Assembly: GCA_021613535.1 (NCBI GenBank)
Contig: CP075493.1
Span: forward strand, 2,356,001 to 2,420,000
DNA length: 64,000 nt
Direction: 5' to 3'
Source: Adineta vaga
Lineage: Eukaryota; Animalia; Rotifera
The position numbers and the translations under genes were made by a program. Below, piece after piece: positions 61,330 through 64,000 of the stretch. Position 1 is the stretch's first letter. The number at the start of each line of letters is the position of its first letter. The notes below the pieces were generated by a model. It made no database searches, was not told the DNA's origin, and saw nothing but the letters and a program-made list of their open reading frames with translations.

Positions 61330-62788
61330 CGTTTGGCTATCGATGCAAAATAGTAACGTTCGAAATGAAATTAACCGAATGGTTGAATCATGCAAAAAAG
61401 CATTCGAAAATATTTATTCATTCATTCCAGGTGTCTAGAATACTCGAACAAACGCAAAATATAGCTTGTTACTTTCTTTTAATCAATGAATCATTGATTC
61501 AATCTAAATAAGCTGTACTATTGCGATGCGATGTAAAAGGAAGAAACATACATACACTGCACGGACACAGATGTTTCTCGATGAGTCATACGATGCTTTT
61601 CTTGTTTTGTTTTTTCTTTCGACGCAATTGATCTTTGTTGAACCAATGATGTATTGATTTTCGATACAAAGAAGAAGTTTATTAATAGAATTAAACGTTT
61701 AGTAGGCTTTTAGTTGAATTAATTTTCAAAGAATTGATAAAAACAATAGATGTGATTGTATTAAATTCAATAGAGCCAATCAATGAACAATCCATATTTA
61801 ACCATTCTGTATCCAACGATTCTTGATGAAATCAAAACATTCATTAATAAGGATATAATTATCTTTTCTTAAAGATAGGATTCTAATTGACGTCATCAAG
61901 AAATCTTTTCTCTTCGGCGACTTTTATTTGAATCAAGAAGATTTCATTCGAATTATGTATCTATATCTTGAAGAGCAATCACTGAACATAATTTTCGTTT
62001 GATGATAGTTTTCAACTATAAGTATTGATGATCTTTAAACTTCTTATCAATTCAGACTATAATTAACGATACTATTTCTGTACTCATTATTCTTGAGAAA
62101 CACTTGAAAAAGACTTAATTCTTCCGTTTATTCAACATCATTTAAGAAAAGTATTTACTGATTAGTTTCGTTGAGTGAATAATAAACTATCGTTTGAAAA
62201 CTTTTGTTGTAACTCTTATAGACTTATTGGTCACATCAACACATACTTTATCGATGCTTCAAGAACAGGACAAATATAAAAAAAGAAATCTCAGTCGAAA
62301 TCCTTAAAGTCATAACTTCAAAAACAATGTATGACAAACAAGCAATTAATATATATATGTTTTTTTTCTAAGCTCTAGATGATAGCAAATAACGAAACAG
62401 AATTTCTTCCATCTTTCTTTTCAAAGTATTGTACAGAGAAATCTCAAATATTTAGATCAGCTATTTGCTAATCTGATTGATTTTGAACAGAGAACGGACA
62501 TATGCTCAGAATTTCATATGAATTGTTGATAATTCATTCGTATTCATTAATCTCGAAATGACTTTTATTTTTTTTCTTATCGCATATAAATCGTTCTTGA
62601 CACTATTAAAGAAAATATCGTCTCTCATGGGAAACGATTGGAAACGAGATAGTTTACGTGAAGATCTTGATTGAATGAAAATTCGAACCATGATATTTCA
62701 ATGTTATCATAAGAGAATAGTTTATTCAAAAGGTCATCTATTAATCTGAATAATTGCAAATAAAGATATAATACAAAGGAAGATCTGT

Positions 62789-64000
62789 TTAATTTTCTTC
62801 ATCTTCATCTTCTGTCATATCAGCCATAATATCTTCCGATTGTTGTAATCCAATAAGTGATTGTTGACTTAGTACTGTATAAGTCGTATCTCCAGCATTT
62901 GTCGTCATCTAGAAAAACGAAAATACATGGCATCAAAGATTCTACTCAATAACAATTTACTCGTTGTTTTGTATTTGTAGATGACAGATCATCGAGAATA
63001 TCAATATCCTGGTCGAATTGATTTGTCGTTGTTCGCATTGGTGGTGAAACTGGTGCAGGACGTTTCTTTCCTGTTCGATTCATACCCGTTGTATTTATTG
63101 TATATTGTCGATAGGAAACTAAATCATCTTCATCCATTGTTGATATATTACTACAGAAATATTCTATTGCAAATTCAATTGATTTAACATTCACAATCAT
63201 ACTTAGCACTTGCTTGAGTATTTGAAAAAGTTGGATCAGTTTCACCTTCTCGATTAGCAATTGTTGCAAATACAAAAATACCATCAAAATAAAATTCTTC
63301 GGCATCGAAACAAAATATAATCGGTCTACATAGAGATCAATCGTTTTACTTCAAAGAATAGATTTATTTCGTTACCGTCCACGACTATCGAAAAGTATTG
63401 TCATAGGTAAATTAATAAGATCAGCTAGACCTAATAGAAACTAAACAAAAAACAAGATTCGAACAACAAAATACTCACAACTTCATACTTTAAATTCTCG
63501 TAGACAAAATGTAATATCTGAATTATGTTGAATATCATAACTAACAAATTCTCTTGGCTCGCAAACAACTTGAAAGTTCATACTATACACCACGCTATCA
63601 TCTAAATAGGAGATCATTTTCAGACTTGAGGGTGTTTTTTTCCGTTCGATTATACAAACCATCATGAACAATTTCATCACACTTCTTAATAATAAATTGA
63701 TCTTTCGTTGCACGAATAGTGATTTCATCCCATTTCGCTGGAAAATGTGCCGTTAATTCTTGTAAAGTTTTACTCATAATTGAAACATTATTTTTATATG
63801 ATTGTTTATCAAATCGTGCTTGAAGTTTTTCACAATCAATATAAAAACATGAATGAACTTTAACAATATCTATAAATTACAAATGTCAAACACGATTTCA
63901 AACCATTCGTTGAACTTACTATATCGACAATGAAGTACAAATGATAGATTCGATTTTTGATCATCAAAAACTAATTCAAGTCGTGTTAATTTACTGGATA
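62789..64000 (-). CDS. RAD9: Checkpoint clamp subunit RAD9, 3' part (runs off the right edge)
   Basis: [46 protein letters not shown] matches RAD9 ITFCLKEFRGLLSFAE..IHFDAPGRPAIF..GHFVLATL. Acidic tail IMADMTEDEDEEN. Confidence 0.85.

Overview
Very AT-rich eukaryotic (animal) DNA, gene-dense, with many short (~45-65 nt) GT-AG introns and GA/TA/GAT microsatellites. The intron size, composition, orphan-protein style, a TGTGGG/TGAGGG telomere-like motif and intron-bearing genes of non-metazoan type together suggest a bdelloid rotifer (Adineta/Rotaria-like); this is inference. The ORF track mostly shows exon fragments. Read by hand, the window holds about 25 loci. Recognisable genes: MAP1/futsch-like (partial), an 11-finger CTCF, an ADGRA/GPR124-125-type adhesion GPCR, ALIX/PDCD6IP, an F-BAR-only PACSIN, a single-LIM CSRP/MLP protein, CLN8, SEC61G, SGSM3, METAP1, PSD/EFA6, a DUSP8/16-like phosphatase and RAD9 (partial), plus several orphans. 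Most notable: (1) an intron-rich FZL/bacterial-type dynamin-like GTPase with a mitochondrial-presequence-like N-terminus (candidate domesticated horizontal transfer); (2) a tandem pair of basic secretory protein (BSP, HExxH) genes of bacterial/plant type, one decaying, with a telomere-like hairpin nearby; (3) CTCF with the cohesin-binding YxF motif and two CTCF-like sites in its own upstream region; (4) an SLC10 pseudogene with its halves in permuted order; (5) a tandem-repeat orphan protein; (6) a one-base frameshift in the DUSP. No rRNA, tRNA, CRISPR array or intact transposon was recognised. Family calls come from remembered motifs, not database searches.
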